From a virus (Duplodnaviria; Caudoviricetes): a stretch of 64,000 bases of DNA. Shown piece after piece: positions 9,526 through 18,571 of this stretch (within the stretch, counting starts at the first letter, position 1; each line of letters begins with the position of its first letter). Position numbers and translations under genes: made by a program. The stretch covers positions 29,136 through 93,135 of the IMG/VR virus record IMGVR_UViG_3300021164_001175; one strand, written 5' to 3'. The notes below the pieces were generated by a model. That model worked only from the letters and a program-made list of their open reading frames with translations, made no database searches and was not told where the DNA came from.

Positions 9526-10163
9526 ACGACAAGAACAAAGTGATGAACCGAGAGTTCCTGGCTGAACGGGACTACCGTATATTCGCCATGAAGAAGGCTG
9601 GACTCGGCGTTCGAGAGATTGCCCGACGTTTTGACATGACTACGGCGGCTGTAAACAAGGCAATTCAGCGGCAACTGGCCAAGATGAACCAGGAAGCGCA
9701 GCTAAATTACTCAGAAGTTCTACGTTTAGAGCTTGAGCGGCTTGATGCGCTGCAGTCAGCTATCTGGCCAATGACACAAAATCGAAAAGTAACGTCAGAT
9801 GATGGCAAAGAAGTGCAAATCGAACCGGAAATCAAAGCAATTCAGCAAGTTTTGTCGATTATGGACCGGAGAACGAAGCTGCTTGGTATGGATAATGTCA
9901 ATATCAACGTACAAATGGACGTCCAGGAGAAGCAAGGGAACATTATCAAAGCAACTCTTGCCAATCAGCAGGGTATGGCGGCTGGAGCTAACCAATTTAG
10001 TCCCGAAGAAGACGCACGTAAGCTGCTTGCCCTCATGGCCGCTTCTGGAGTGCTACCTGAAAGCATACTCAATCAACTACTGTCAGGTAGTGAAGCAATC
10101 CAGGACGCAGAACTTGTGGAGAGTGATGAAACAATCGAAATCTATCCAAGAAGCAATGGCTGA
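9522..10163 (+). CDS. HTH protein, probable terminase small subunit
   Basis: AGLGVREIARRF HTH, LELERLDAL...W, VLSIMDRRTKLLG pattern as in actinophage TerS-like proteins; ATGA overlap at 9522. Confidence 0.65.
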   Translation: MNDKNKVMNREFLAERDYRIFAMKKAGLGVREIARRFDMTTAAVNKAIQRQLAKMNQEAQLNYSEVLRLELERLDALQSAIWPMTQNRKVTSDDGKEVQIEPEIKAIQQVLSIMDRRTKLLGMDNVNINVQMDVQEKQGNIIKATLANQQGMAAGANQFSPEEDARKLLALMAASGVLPESILNQLLSGSEAIQDAELVESDETIEIYPRSNG

Positions 10164-10449
10164 AGTGGTCGAAGACATGACACCACAGGATATGAACGTA
10201 AAACCAGTGGCCGTCACAGAAGATGGCGATAGTCCCGCTGATAAACAAGTCATTGTGCGGCTAACTCTCGAAGAACGTGAGAACTGGAAGGCGGCTGCAG
10301 AGAAGAACGGCCAAACATTGTCTTCTTTTATCCGGGATTTATGTAACGCGCGTGCAGAAGACCTACTTGTTTGTTCGCACCCGGTAAATCAACGTAGATT
10401 TTACCCTTGGGCCGAGTTCTGCATCAAGTGCAGCTCAAGGTTGAGGTAA
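10156..10449 (+). CDS. ribbon-helix-helix DNA-binding protein with C-terminal CxH/CxxC
   Basis: VIVRLTLEERENWKAAAEKNGQTLSSFIR; ATG 10156. Confidence 0.7.
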   Translation: MAEVVEDMTPQDMNVKPVAVTEDGDSPADKQVIVRLTLEERENWKAAAEKNGQTLSSFIRDLCNARAEDLLVCSHPVNQRRFYPWAEFCIKCSSRLR

Positions 10450-10481
10450 TCGCCAAAAAGGTTGTCCCTAATTTGTAAGAT
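10449..10481 (+). promoter_or_regulatory. third copy of the ATCGCCAAAAAG promoter
   Basis: ATCGCCAAAAAG GTTGTCCCTA atttg TAAGAT N6 ATG(10488); same spacing as 3961-4025. Confidence 0.8.
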
Positions 10482-10487
10482 TGGGGT

Positions 10488-10631
10488 ATGAAAAACCACA
10501 CAGAACCCGTATTTAGCGACAACCTCGTTGGCTGGGAAGCCGCAGAGGCTTACTACCACGCACAGGAGTTGGCCGATGAGGCTGAACGCAATGCACTAGG
10601 CATTGTGCGCGAAATGGCAGAGGAAATCTAA
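10488..10631 (+). CDS. hypothetical protein, 47 aa (not in ORF track)
   Basis: MKNHTEPVFSDN...AEEI*; leaderless at the promoter. Confidence 0.7.
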   Translation: MKNHTEPVFSDNLVGWEAAEAYYHAQELADEAERNALGIVREMAEEI

Positions 10632-10632
10632 T

Positions 10633-10818
10633 ATGAAAACCTACGAGGTTTCCCTTACTACTTCTACTTCGGTCATTGTCCGTATTCAGGCAGAGAACGA
10701 AGAGGAAATGGCTGAAAAGATTTCTGATTTAGATGTGATGAACGCTTTACAAGAGCAGATTACTCAGGGTCAGACTTATCTTGACTGGGTCATTGACGAC
10801 TGGGAAGAAATAGCTTAG
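10633..10818 (+). CDS. small acidic hypothetical protein
   Basis: MKTYEVSL...; GAGG upstream. Confidence 0.7.
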   Translation: MKTYEVSLTTSTSVIVRIQAENEEEMAEKISDLDVMNALQEQITQGQTYLDWVIDDWEEIA

Positions 10819-11346
10819 TTACTTCTTCTTTTTAGTGTTTTCGTAGCGCTTCAGTAAGTTCCGGCCCTTAGCGGCGAGACGTGCTGCATCTTGTGCGTTC
10901 TTCGGGACTGGCTCACCCCAAGCTGCGGCACTCAACGCAAGTCGAGAAGGCTCTCCGTTTGGTTTAGTCAATGGACCGGAAGGATTTGTGAAGAAACGTG
11001 TAAGAAATGAACCTTTTCGACGCATCTTCTGGGGCGTATCAGCTGCACCCTTGACACCCGGACGTAAGTTGCCGCCACTTTGACGATTGAAGTGAGCTCG
11101 ACCAGCCGCAGTGAGGCCGCCTTTAGGGTCTTTGAGCGGCTTTGCTGACTTGGTACTGATTGGAACGCAGTTAGGGACCATCTTCCCGGACTTTCCACGC
11201 TTCATACCAACTTGTTCGTAGCCGGCCCAACAAGGACCTGCTGCTTTACGGGACTTAGGCCGCATATCTTGCGCACGTACGGCTTCTTCTATCGAGTTTT
11301 GGTCGCGCTTACGTCGAGGAACGCCGCGTTTCTTGCGGCCATTCAT
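10819..11346 (-). CDS. basic virion-associated protein (CWxGY...VPNCVP motif + DUF6321-like)
   Basis: CWAGYEQVGMK...MVPNCVP; KDPKGGLTAAGR...RKGSFLTRF. Confidence 0.7.
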   Translation of the reverse strand: MNGRKKRGVPRRKRDQNSIEEAVRAQDMRPKSRKAAGPCWAGYEQVGMKRGKSGKMVPNCVPISTKSAKPLKDPKGGLTAAGRAHFNRQSGGNLRPGVKGAADTPQKMRRKGSFLTRFFTNPSGPLTKPNGEPSRLALSAAAWGEPVPKNAQDAARLAAKGRNLLKRYENTKKKK

Positions 11347-11393
11347 ATCTACTCCGTTGGCAGTTGTGCCGCGGAGAATACCGAAGTCAGACT

Positions 11394-11915
11394 TTACTTC
11401 TTGCCTTTTCCCTGGCTCGGGTTTGGTGCTTTTGGGGAGTTGCCGCCGGTCTTTGCAGCGTCGTTCTTCTTGCCAAACAACTTCTCCATCAATTCGTCCC
11501 GTGTAAGTGGCTTCACTGGGCTCATTTCTGCGCCGGCCATTGGCTTCTTCTTCATCATTGGACCTTTTGGCATTGGTCGAGCGGCACGTGGCATCATTGG
11601 ACCTTTTGGCATTGGCTTGTTCATACCTTTTTTACGCATTGGCATTGGACGCTTCTTCGCTGAGAGTTCTTCTTCAGTTGGCTCAAGAACTTCTTCGTCC
11701 TCCTCCTCACCAAGCTCTTCAGCTGTTGGCTCGACGACTTCTTCGTCCTCTTCGCCTTCCTCACCCATCAAGCTCATGCCCTGCTTCTTCATCTTGCGCA
11801 TGCCGTAGCCCATCTTGGCTTCCATATCGAGTAGTTCCTGGAGTTGCTTTTCTGCAAGCTCTGCGTACCACTCTGCTGTCATTTCTGATTCTTCTGGGTT
11901 ATTGCTCTGAGTCAT
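11394..11915 (-). CDS. low-complexity E-rich / M-K-P-rich protein
   Basis: EDEEVxEPTxEEL x2; PMPKGPMM x2 (24-bp exact repeats at 11553-11576 and 11592-11615). Confidence 0.7.
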   Translation of the reverse strand: MTQSNNPEESEMTAEWYAELAEKQLQELLDMEAKMGYGMRKMKKQGMSLMGEEGEEDEEVVEPTAEELGEEEDEEVLEPTEEELSAKKRPMPMRKKGMNKPMPKGPMMPRAARPMPKGPMMKKKPMAGAEMSPVKPLTRDELMEKLFGKKNDAAKTGGNSPKAPNPSQGKGKK

Positions 11916-12054
11916 TGTTCTTTTCCTTGCTGGAGTCCCGTTCAGTAGGGGCTTCTGGTTCGTTCCCGAATACGGATTGTTTTAGGATTTTGGAATAGGC
12001 ACGTGCTAATGCGAATACTTTGTTTGGGTCATCAAAATTCTTCGGAGTCACCAT
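11899..12054 (-). CDS. hypothetical protein, 51 aa (not in ORF track)
   Basis: MVTPKNFDDPNKVFALARAYSK...; fills an operon gap. Confidence 0.5.
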   Translation of the reverse strand: MVTPKNFDDPNKVFALARAYSKILKQSVFGNEPEAPTERDSSKEKNNDSEQ

Positions 12055-12211
12055 GTTTTTGGTTTTTCTTCTTTCGGTTTGTACGTTTAATTAATCGATT
12101 ATCGATTACCCAATCATCATACTCGTCTGGCACTCCTGTTTGGGAGAGACAATACGCTTGATACTCGCCCCATAATGATATATCATCATCTTCTCTTGGG
12201 TTGTAAGCCAT
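12032..12211 (-). CDS. hypothetical protein, 59 aa (not in ORF track)
   Basis: MAYNPREDDDISLWGEYQAYC...; AAGGA RBS, starts 2 nt after upstream stop. Confidence 0.6.
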   Translation of the reverse strand: MAYNPREDDDISLWGEYQAYCLSQTGVPDEYDDWVIDNRLIKRTNRKKKNQKHGDSEEF

Positions 12212-12213
12212 AA

Positions 12214-15200
12214 CTATCCTTTTCTTGCCTGTCTGCCGGCCTTAGCGGCGTTACGTGTGTTGGATACGAACTGTTGTCCCGACCTGGAGCCTTCGATTTT
12301 CTTTCGATTTGTGGCTTTACGCTGTTCCGGGGTGAGCTTTTCCCAGGCTGCGTCCGGGAGGTAGCGGCGTGTGCCACCTGGCCGTTCTGCCGGGGCTCCG
12401 TCGGACGTTCTCCATCGTTCTTTTGTCCACTTTTTGAGTGAACGCTGCGTCTTTGATGGTTTTCCTTGATACCCGCCGCCTGCAGCTCGATATTTCTGGG
12501 CAACAAGTTGTGCTTTTCGAGCAGACCACTGTCCCGGCTTGCCGCCATCACTGCCGGCCATGACCTGGTTCTTGATACGTTCCCGAAGTGCCGGTTTTGT
12601 GTAATTCATCGACTTTGTGAGCTGCTCTGGCGCGTGTCTGGTGAAGTCCCGTACTGCAAGCTCGGCCCACTGCGGCGCTGCATTGAGGGACTTTGTTGCA
12701 ATATCGACTAAGCGGCCAGTATCAGACAACGTAATGCCGCCGAAGTCCGGGTCAAGTTCGTCGAGTGGGATAAAACCCTTTGGACGCTTCTTGAAACGAG
12801 AAGATATTGCTTCCCACGAGGTAGCCATACGCCCAATCATTTCACGACCGAGTTTGGTAATGGCTTCAGTACGTTCTGCGAGTGCTTCCTTCACATTGTC
12901 ATAGATTTCTTTAGCACGTTCTCTATCAATGATTGAGTTAGCTACCAAGTCTTTGAGTAGAAGCCCCATCATCTCGATGCCGCCCAATCGAAGGGCATCT
13001 TCTAGTCCCGAGTCTACGAACCCTTCTAGTGCGTTGACCTGTGTTGTACTTACGCTTGACAATGGGATATTAAGCTTCTGACTAATTTGGAGTTTTGCTG
13101 CCATCTGTGCAGTCATGACGCCGGCTTTTACCAAGTTGCGTACATCGTCGTTACCCTTAAAATTATTCCAATGGTCATCAAACTTTTGGACTATCTCGTC
13201 GTACTTCTCACGTAAGTCACCTGTAAGCCTGGAACGAACATCATTTATGGCATCAAGAACTGCTTGTTTTCTATTTGCTTCAGTGATTGGAGCGGCCTTT
13301 GACGCACGTGCAAGTAAGTCCCGACCGTCAAGCGGCTTATCAACTGTTCCGCGGCTGGCAAAACCTGGCTTCTTATCTTTTTCTGCTTCAGCTGTCAATC
13401 GAGCAATGTCTATCATTGTCGATGTCCACTCGCCGTGTTCTGATTGCCACGTAGCGTGGTTGTTGTCATGTAGTCCCGACGTCTTGCCAGTATCGAGCAA
13501 CGTGCGCTTCACCGGAGCTCCGGTTCGACTGTCCTCACGGTCTGCGGCTCGACGGATAGCCGCTTCGATGATAGCCCAAGAGGCTTCAGCATCAGCGTCG
13601 GCGCTATGCCAGTTAGTAAGTTCTACTCCATAGTGGTCTGCGAGTGCGCCAAGACGATTGGACTTAGGTGAGTCAGGGTCACCCTTCTCGTACAAGTGGT
13701 CAATCACTCCCTTTGAGTCAATGAACCCAGCTGGCTTCCATCTACCTTCTAGTCCCGTTCCTTTGAGTGCTTCTTCCATGACACGTTGGTCAAAGATTTG
13801 GTATTGACCACCCAATATTTTGTTCTCACCAATGAAGTCGAGTGCTTCTGCCATAGATTGTGCAACTGTCGGCTGCTGTTGTAGCCACTCATCTGTCAAC
13901 GGGACTTCTACGCCGTTCTCATCGAAACGTTTGAGGTTATCTTTCGACCAGCCGCCAAGCGCTTGCCCTGGGTTCATATACATATTCTTACGTTCGACGA
14001 CTTTCCCATCGACTATCCGAATAATTCCCATTTGTACTGGCTTGCCGCCGTTAGTCATAATCCCATTTGCGTCGTTCTCGATGCCGGTGGTCTCAAAATC
14101 AAAGAAAATTAGCTCACCTTTTGTAAGCCGCTCGAGTACCTGGCGATACGTCGTAGCTCCTTCGAATAATCGAGCTGCTTCCCCGGTGTATGGCGATACC
14201 GGCTCACGCGGCTCACGCGGCGGCTCTGCCATCTTCGCGTCGGGACCAGTCCCGATAATCTTGGGCTTTTGCACCTTGTCGAGTCGGAACGTGCGGCCTT
14301 CTCCGAGTACACGGTCGAAGCCATCGACGTATGAAACGCCATCTTTTTCATAAACGTTCTTTACGTCGACACGTCGAAGCTGTCCGTTATACATAAAAGT
14401 AGCTATTTTTTTGTCGTCCAGGCTGCGTTGCAGCTGCGTCTTGAGTGATTCGATGCTGGCAGGTGTTATTTCGTCGTCTATTTCCATCGGGACTTCGTTG
14501 TCTCCACGTGAGGCGAAGCCAGGTACGTTCACTTTCTTGGCCACTCGAGACTTTCCTTCCGGTGGTCGAGCGTTGGGGAAGTATTCTTTGACGTATTTTG
14601 TTAGCTCTGATTCGATTTGTGCCGCGTCGTATCCAGGCTGTATGTTCATAACCGTAAGCTTTGGAAGTCCATTGCTATCCTCGATAACGGATACTCGTGC
14701 TACTCCGCGGCCGCTTTGTCGAACCATAAAAGTGTTTGTTGTCGAGTCAGTGTGATACAACTCGAGTTTTTCGCCATCTTCTGTCTCGAAGTAACGTGGT
14801 TTTAGCTTCTTGTAGCCGCGTCGCTTCTTGGTGCCGGCCACAGTCTGTGCCGGGATAGTCGTGTCAGTCCCGCCGCGTGAGGCGAAACCACGAGGAACGA
14901 GCGGCTCAGGGGTAAAGTTCTCAATCCAGGGCATACGTCGCTGCTTCTTGCCGCCTGGCGCATCGAACTCCGGGATATCGAGTAAGTCATAAATAGCTTC
15001 TTTTAGCGGCGTATTCATTACGTCAAGAGCTTGTGGGTTACCTGAGAGTATCGCACTCATTGCTTCTGCAACAAGCTCATTGGTGTTTGTTAGACCGTAC
15101 TTAGTATCGGTTATTGGGAACTTATCAGTCGACCACAACGGGTTCTCACGTTTGGACTTGATTGCAACATTTGTGTCGTCTGAGTGCAGCAGCTTCCAGG

Positions 15201-18200
15201 CTTTAGCAGCGCGTGATTCCGGGTCAATCGAGCCGCGTTCGATAGCCAGGTTCATTTTGTAATCGAGATAGTGGCCGTACTCGTGTAGGAACGTTGCTTC
15301 GGGACTACTATCGAGAATCATGTGGTCACCGGCCTGTGGGATATGGCCGAAGTTCATACGTTTACCCTCGACTAGGTTCTGATGCACCTTTGAGCCAGGA
15401 AAGAACTGCATCTGGCCGATACCAGGAAAGTAAGCTGCCGAAATTGGGAAGTCACCAGAAGCTATCATTTTTCCGAGAACTTTTTCGAGACGTACCGGGT
15501 CGTCGAGTGTCGCCTCAATGTCTTTGCTAATAAATGAATTGTTTAGTTGGCTAAGTATGTCATTGCCACTATCACGTGTGAGTGCGTGCATTAGTAACAT
15601 ACGGTTACGTGAACGTTCACTACCCATGACCAGTGGTGGCAAGCCATACTTTTCTGCATAATGTCGCAAAGCTGGGGAAGTATCCAAAGCGTCTCGTAAG
15701 ATTGTTTGAGCTTGCTTGACACCTTCTGGGGATAAGTCTGGTGGGTGCTGCTGTATCTGCTTCTGTACGTGGACGGCTAACGGGACTAACCAGGTGCGCT
15801 TGGCACGTGGATTGTCAATGTCACTCAGGTCAATGAGCTTGCGTATGTCACCTGGCTTTAGACCTTCTTTTAGGAACATTTCCTCAATGCCGGCGTCTTC
15901 GATAGCTTGGTCAAAGGCCATCATCACGTATTCCTCTTTTGAGGTAGGTACGGCATAGGCAATCTTTTGTTCGGTACTCGTGTTAGCGAATATCTCTGAA
16001 CGTTTCCTTGTGGTTGTTGAGGTGAATATACCCCAACCAGTTTTTGTTACTCGTCCCTCTAAGAACGGAGTTACTTCTTGTTCTACCTCTGGAGTCCCGC
16101 CGCGTGAGGCAAATCCAACATTGAGTTGTTCCACACTGTCTTGTGCGACATCATTGCCAAACACAATATCCATTGCGTTCTTCATACCTGGAGATAACAA
16201 TGCTTGTTCGTCCTCGTATGGAGAAGTGTATGCAGAGTATGCCTCTGCGAACATCTCAACTGGAGAAGTCCACCCATACATTGAATTTGCTTCAGGAAAA
16301 TCTGGATTACGAAGTTTTTTTGTTCTATTTTTGTACTGTTCTTCCCAATCAGGCATATTTACAGCTTGGAAGAATTCTTCCCAAGTTTCAGACATAAATG
16401 CATCAACTACGTTGTATGCCTCACTGTTGCCTAGTCCCGCATTCCACATATCTCTCATAAGTTTGGTGTGGATAAAGTGACCGTATTCGTGACGAACCGT
16501 TCCATCGCCATCGCCATCAACGTGTGTGTATTCAACTCCTTTTGGTGCTTTTGTCTTCCATCTTAGGAAGTTGCTAAGAAGTCGTTGAGCTCTTGACGGA
16601 GGTGCATTCTCAATCAGACCCTCTCGTTGGTGCTGCCGGATTTCGGTGAGATAATTTGGTGGATAAATGATTATTCCGTTATTTAGCTCTTTGAAGCCGA
16701 GATAAGCACCATTGAAGTCCTCTAGGCCACGTTCCTCAAGTCGCTTTAGTCCCGCATCTGACAGCATCACTGTTTGTGGAGTTCCATACATTTGGTGGTG
16801 ACGGAAAAATGCTGGATTATTGTCAAGTATTTCTTTTTGTCCAATTCGTAACTGTGCAACTTCTTGGAAGTCAAAGAAACTCGCTAATTCATCAGGGTCG
16901 GTAGTACCGAACTTCGCACCAAAGAATTCCATGAGTTTTTCTGGTGTTATTAGACCTTCATTTACCTTGTCATCTTGGTTGTCCGATACAAGCTTCATTA
17001 TCATCTCATCAAAATTGGTTGGAATGCTTTCCTCAACCATTTCGGCTGTATCCATTGTCTTATAGATAGGATGCCATTTATCCTTGTTTCCTGCTGGGGT
17101 AAGTACGTCATTACCTCTGGAGGCAAAGCCTTGTATCTCAACTCTTGCTTGTGGTGTGTATGACTGTTTCTCTTGGAGTTGTTCTACTAGTCCCCTACTT
17201 GAGTCAAGTTCTAGTAGTTCAGTGATAATGCCTTTGAGGCCACCACTTACTAAGTCATCATCACTTTGTTCAGGTGAGAGTAAGGCACTCATTGCCTCTG
17301 CGAACTGTTCTGCTGGGGAAGTCTCACCATATACGGTACGAACAAATGGCATCTCATCAGGTAGGTCACTTCTATCATGGAAGGCAGTGTCCCAATCAGG
17401 GTTGTCTAAGAGTGCACTGTATATATCGCCTACTGTGCCGAACCTCTTGAAGCCATCTGCTGACCACTCCCCTGAGTTGATATATCGTGCAAGGTTCTTT
17501 AGTCTCTTATCACCACTATCCTTGTGCATATCACCAAGTGTTCTACCTACATGGTGACCGAACTCATGAAGCATGGTGTGTCGTAAGCCTTCTTGTACGA
17601 CCCACCTTCTGGACTTCTTGTTACCACCTGACATATGCTGTGGTGCAAGGCGAGCCATTATCTTAGCAAAGGTGACATTGCTAATCTTCTTTACAACGGT
17701 GTTCTGTTTCATACCTTCTTGTGAGTAGCCAATGCCAAAGTCACTAGAGTAGATACCACTGAACTCTGCTGCCACATCATCACTGAATACGAACATAGGT
17801 GGCATACCAAAGTCATCTACTAACTGTCTGAACTGTGGTGACTCATCTAGGTTCTTAGCAAGTGTTTCTCTCAATGCTCTTATCTTGGTAGGTGAGAAGT
17901 CAAAGGGTATATCGTTACCCATATCCCTACCCGTGAGCTCTTTTATTTGTTCTTGTATATAGTCAATGACTGCTTGTCTATCTACTGTGCCTCGTTTGTT
18001 ACGGTATGGATTAGTAGTGAGGTACACAACTGCTTGCTCTGCGAACTGTGCCATCAATCCTTCTAGTGTGTCAGGCACTACTGTCTCTACTATCTCTGCA
18101 TTAGACATACCTTTGTGTCTCTTGCGATGGTTTTGTTTCTTATCGTTACCAATTGCATTGCCTATTGCTGCCATTGCTTTCTTTGTTTTCTCAATGGCAT

Positions 18201-18363
18201 CATCAATCGCACCAATGATTGCAGGTCGTTCAAATGGTGTGTTGTCTTGCACCATACCATCACCATCACCATCGATTGCATCTGCATCAAATGATTGGTT
18301 TAGTGCTTTGCGATTGTAACGATTGAGTTCAGTTACATCTGCGACATACGACATGTTATTCAT
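12214..18363 (-). CDS. ~2,050-aa GFASRG-punctuated polyprotein: 3 zincin-like modules, GNAT-like module, WYL + DEDDh exonuclease, C-terminal DUF5872-like domain
   Basis: HEFGH/HEYGH/HEYGH each with downstream ExxAE; RTFRLDK (WYL); FDFETTG...HSADAD (DEDDh); NYTKPALRERIK..GQWSARKAQ; 5 exact GFASRG; ATG 18363 lies 9 nt after TACAAT. Confidence 0.85.
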   Translation of the reverse strand: MNNMSYVADVTELNRYNRKALNQSFDADAIDGDGDGMVQDNTPFERPAIIGAIDDAIEKTKKAMAAIGNAIGNDKKQNHRKRHKGMSNAEIVETVVPDTLEGLMAQFAEQAVVYLTTNPYRNKRGTVDRQAVIDYIQEQIKELTGRDMGNDIPFDFSPTKIRALRETLAKNLDESPQFRQLVDDFGMPPMFVFSDDVAAEFSGIYSSDFGIGYSQEGMKQNTVVKKISNVTFAKIMARLAPQHMSGGNKKSRRWVVQEGLRHTMLHEFGHHVGRTLGDMHKDSGDKRLKNLARYINSGEWSADGFKRFGTVGDIYSALLDNPDWDTAFHDRSDLPDEMPFVRTVYGETSPAEQFAEAMSALLSPEQSDDDLVSGGLKGIITELLELDSSRGLVEQLQEKQSYTPQARVEIQGFASRGNDVLTPAGNKDKWHPIYKTMDTAEMVEESIPTNFDEMIMKLVSDNQDDKVNEGLITPEKLMEFFGAKFGTTDPDELASFFDFQEVAQLRIGQKEILDNNPAFFRHHQMYGTPQTVMLSDAGLKRLEERGLEDFNGAYLGFKELNNGIIIYPPNYLTEIRQHQREGLIENAPPSRAQRLLSNFLRWKTKAPKGVEYTHVDGDGDGTVRHEYGHFIHTKLMRDMWNAGLGNSEAYNVVDAFMSETWEEFFQAVNMPDWEEQYKNRTKKLRNPDFPEANSMYGWTSPVEMFAEAYSAYTSPYEDEQALLSPGMKNAMDIVFGNDVAQDSVEQLNVGFASRGGTPEVEQEVTPFLEGRVTKTGWGIFTSTTTRKRSEIFANTSTEQKIAYAVPTSKEEYVMMAFDQAIEDAGIEEMFLKEGLKPGDIRKLIDLSDIDNPRAKRTWLVPLAVHVQKQIQQHPPDLSPEGVKQAQTILRDALDTSPALRHYAEKYGLPPLVMGSERSRNRMLLMHALTRDSGNDILSQLNNSFISKDIEATLDDPVRLEKVLGKMIASGDFPISAAYFPGIGQMQFFPGSKVHQNLVEGKRMNFGHIPQAGDHMILDSSPEATFLHEYGHYLDYKMNLAIERGSIDPESRAAKAWKLLHSDDTNVAIKSKRENPLWSTDKFPITDTKYGLTNTNELVAEAMSAILSGNPQALDVMNTPLKEAIYDLLDIPEFDAPGGKKQRRMPWIENFTPEPLVPRGFASRGGTDTTIPAQTVAGTKKRRGYKKLKPRYFETEDGEKLELYHTDSTTNTFMVRQSGRGVARVSVIEDSNGLPKLTVMNIQPGYDAAQIESELTKYVKEYFPNARPPEGKSRVAKKVNVPGFASRGDNEVPMEIDDEITPASIESLKTQLQRSLDDKKIATFMYNGQLRRVDVKNVYEKDGVSYVDGFDRVLGEGRTFRLDKVQKPKIIGTGPDAKMAEPPREPREPVSPYTGEAARLFEGATTYRQVLERLTKGELIFFDFETTGIENDANGIMTNGGKPVQMGIIRIVDGKVVERKNMYMNPGQALGGWSKDNLKRFDENGVEVPLTDEWLQQQPTVAQSMAEALDFIGENKILGGQYQIFDQRVMEEALKGTGLEGRWKPAGFIDSKGVIDHLYEKGDPDSPKSNRLGALADHYGVELTNWHSADADAEASWAIIEAAIRRAADREDSRTGAPVKRTLLDTGKTSGLHDNNHATWQSEHGEWTSTMIDIARLTAEAEKDKKPGFASRGTVDKPLDGRDLLARASKAAPITEANRKQAVLDAINDVRSRLTGDLREKYDEIVQKFDDHWNNFKGNDDVRNLVKAGVMTAQMAAKLQISQKLNIPLSSVSTTQVNALEGFVDSGLEDALRLGGIEMMGLLLKDLVANSIIDRERAKEIYDNVKEALAERTEAITKLGREMIGRMATSWEAISSRFKKRPKGFIPLDELDPDFGGITLSDTGRLVDIATKSLNAAPQWAELAVRDFTRHAPEQLTKSMNYTKPALRERIKNQVMAGSDGGKPGQWSARKAQLVAQKYRAAGGGYQGKPSKTQRSLKKWTKERWRTSDGAPAERPGGTRRYLPDAAWEKLTPEQRKATNRKKIEGSRSGQQFVSNTRNAAKAGRQARKG

Positions 18364-18372
18364 TGTGTGTCT

Positions 18373-18408
18373 ATTGTAAAGTAAGGGTGCAATAGGGTAT
18401 AGCAACTA
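18373..18408 (-). promoter_or_regulatory. putative late promoter TAGTTSC-class (9-mer-N21-TANNNT)
   Basis: TAGTTGCTA-N21-TACAAT; same spacing at four other loci. Confidence 0.65.
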
Positions 18409-18447
18409 AGTCTGATTGCATTGTCTATTGGATTACCTAGTTTGAGT

Positions 18448-18571
18448 GTTACCTAATTAGGTAACGTCAAATGACTGGATAACTGTATCCAATTGGATAC
18501 ATATGGACTAGTGGTAATGGGGGCAACCTATGGGTATGCTGTGCCATTGCACATCTATTCCGATATCGGAA
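18448..18571. repeat. three perfect palindromes in a non-coding gap
   Basis: GTTACCTAATTAGGTAAC 18448-18465, TGTATCCAATTGGATACA 18484-18501, TTCCGATATCGGAA 18558-18571. Confidence 0.85.

Noticed and set aside
9799-10155. N-terminal 119 aa of track ORF 9799..10449
   Set aside because: It overlaps the TerS-like gene in another frame; ATG 10156 is the plausible start.
13348-17130. Resemblance of FASRG to the Prp-cleaved L27 site (QFF/ASKKG)
   Set aside because: The upstream LNLQ[FH]F element is absent and Prp is typical of Firmicutes; kept only as a remote analogy.
12317-18319. Many antisense or alternate-frame ORFs over the giant genes (also 34651-52319)
   Set aside because: Shadow ORFs rich in Ser/Phe that mirror acidic codons; no RBS or motifs.
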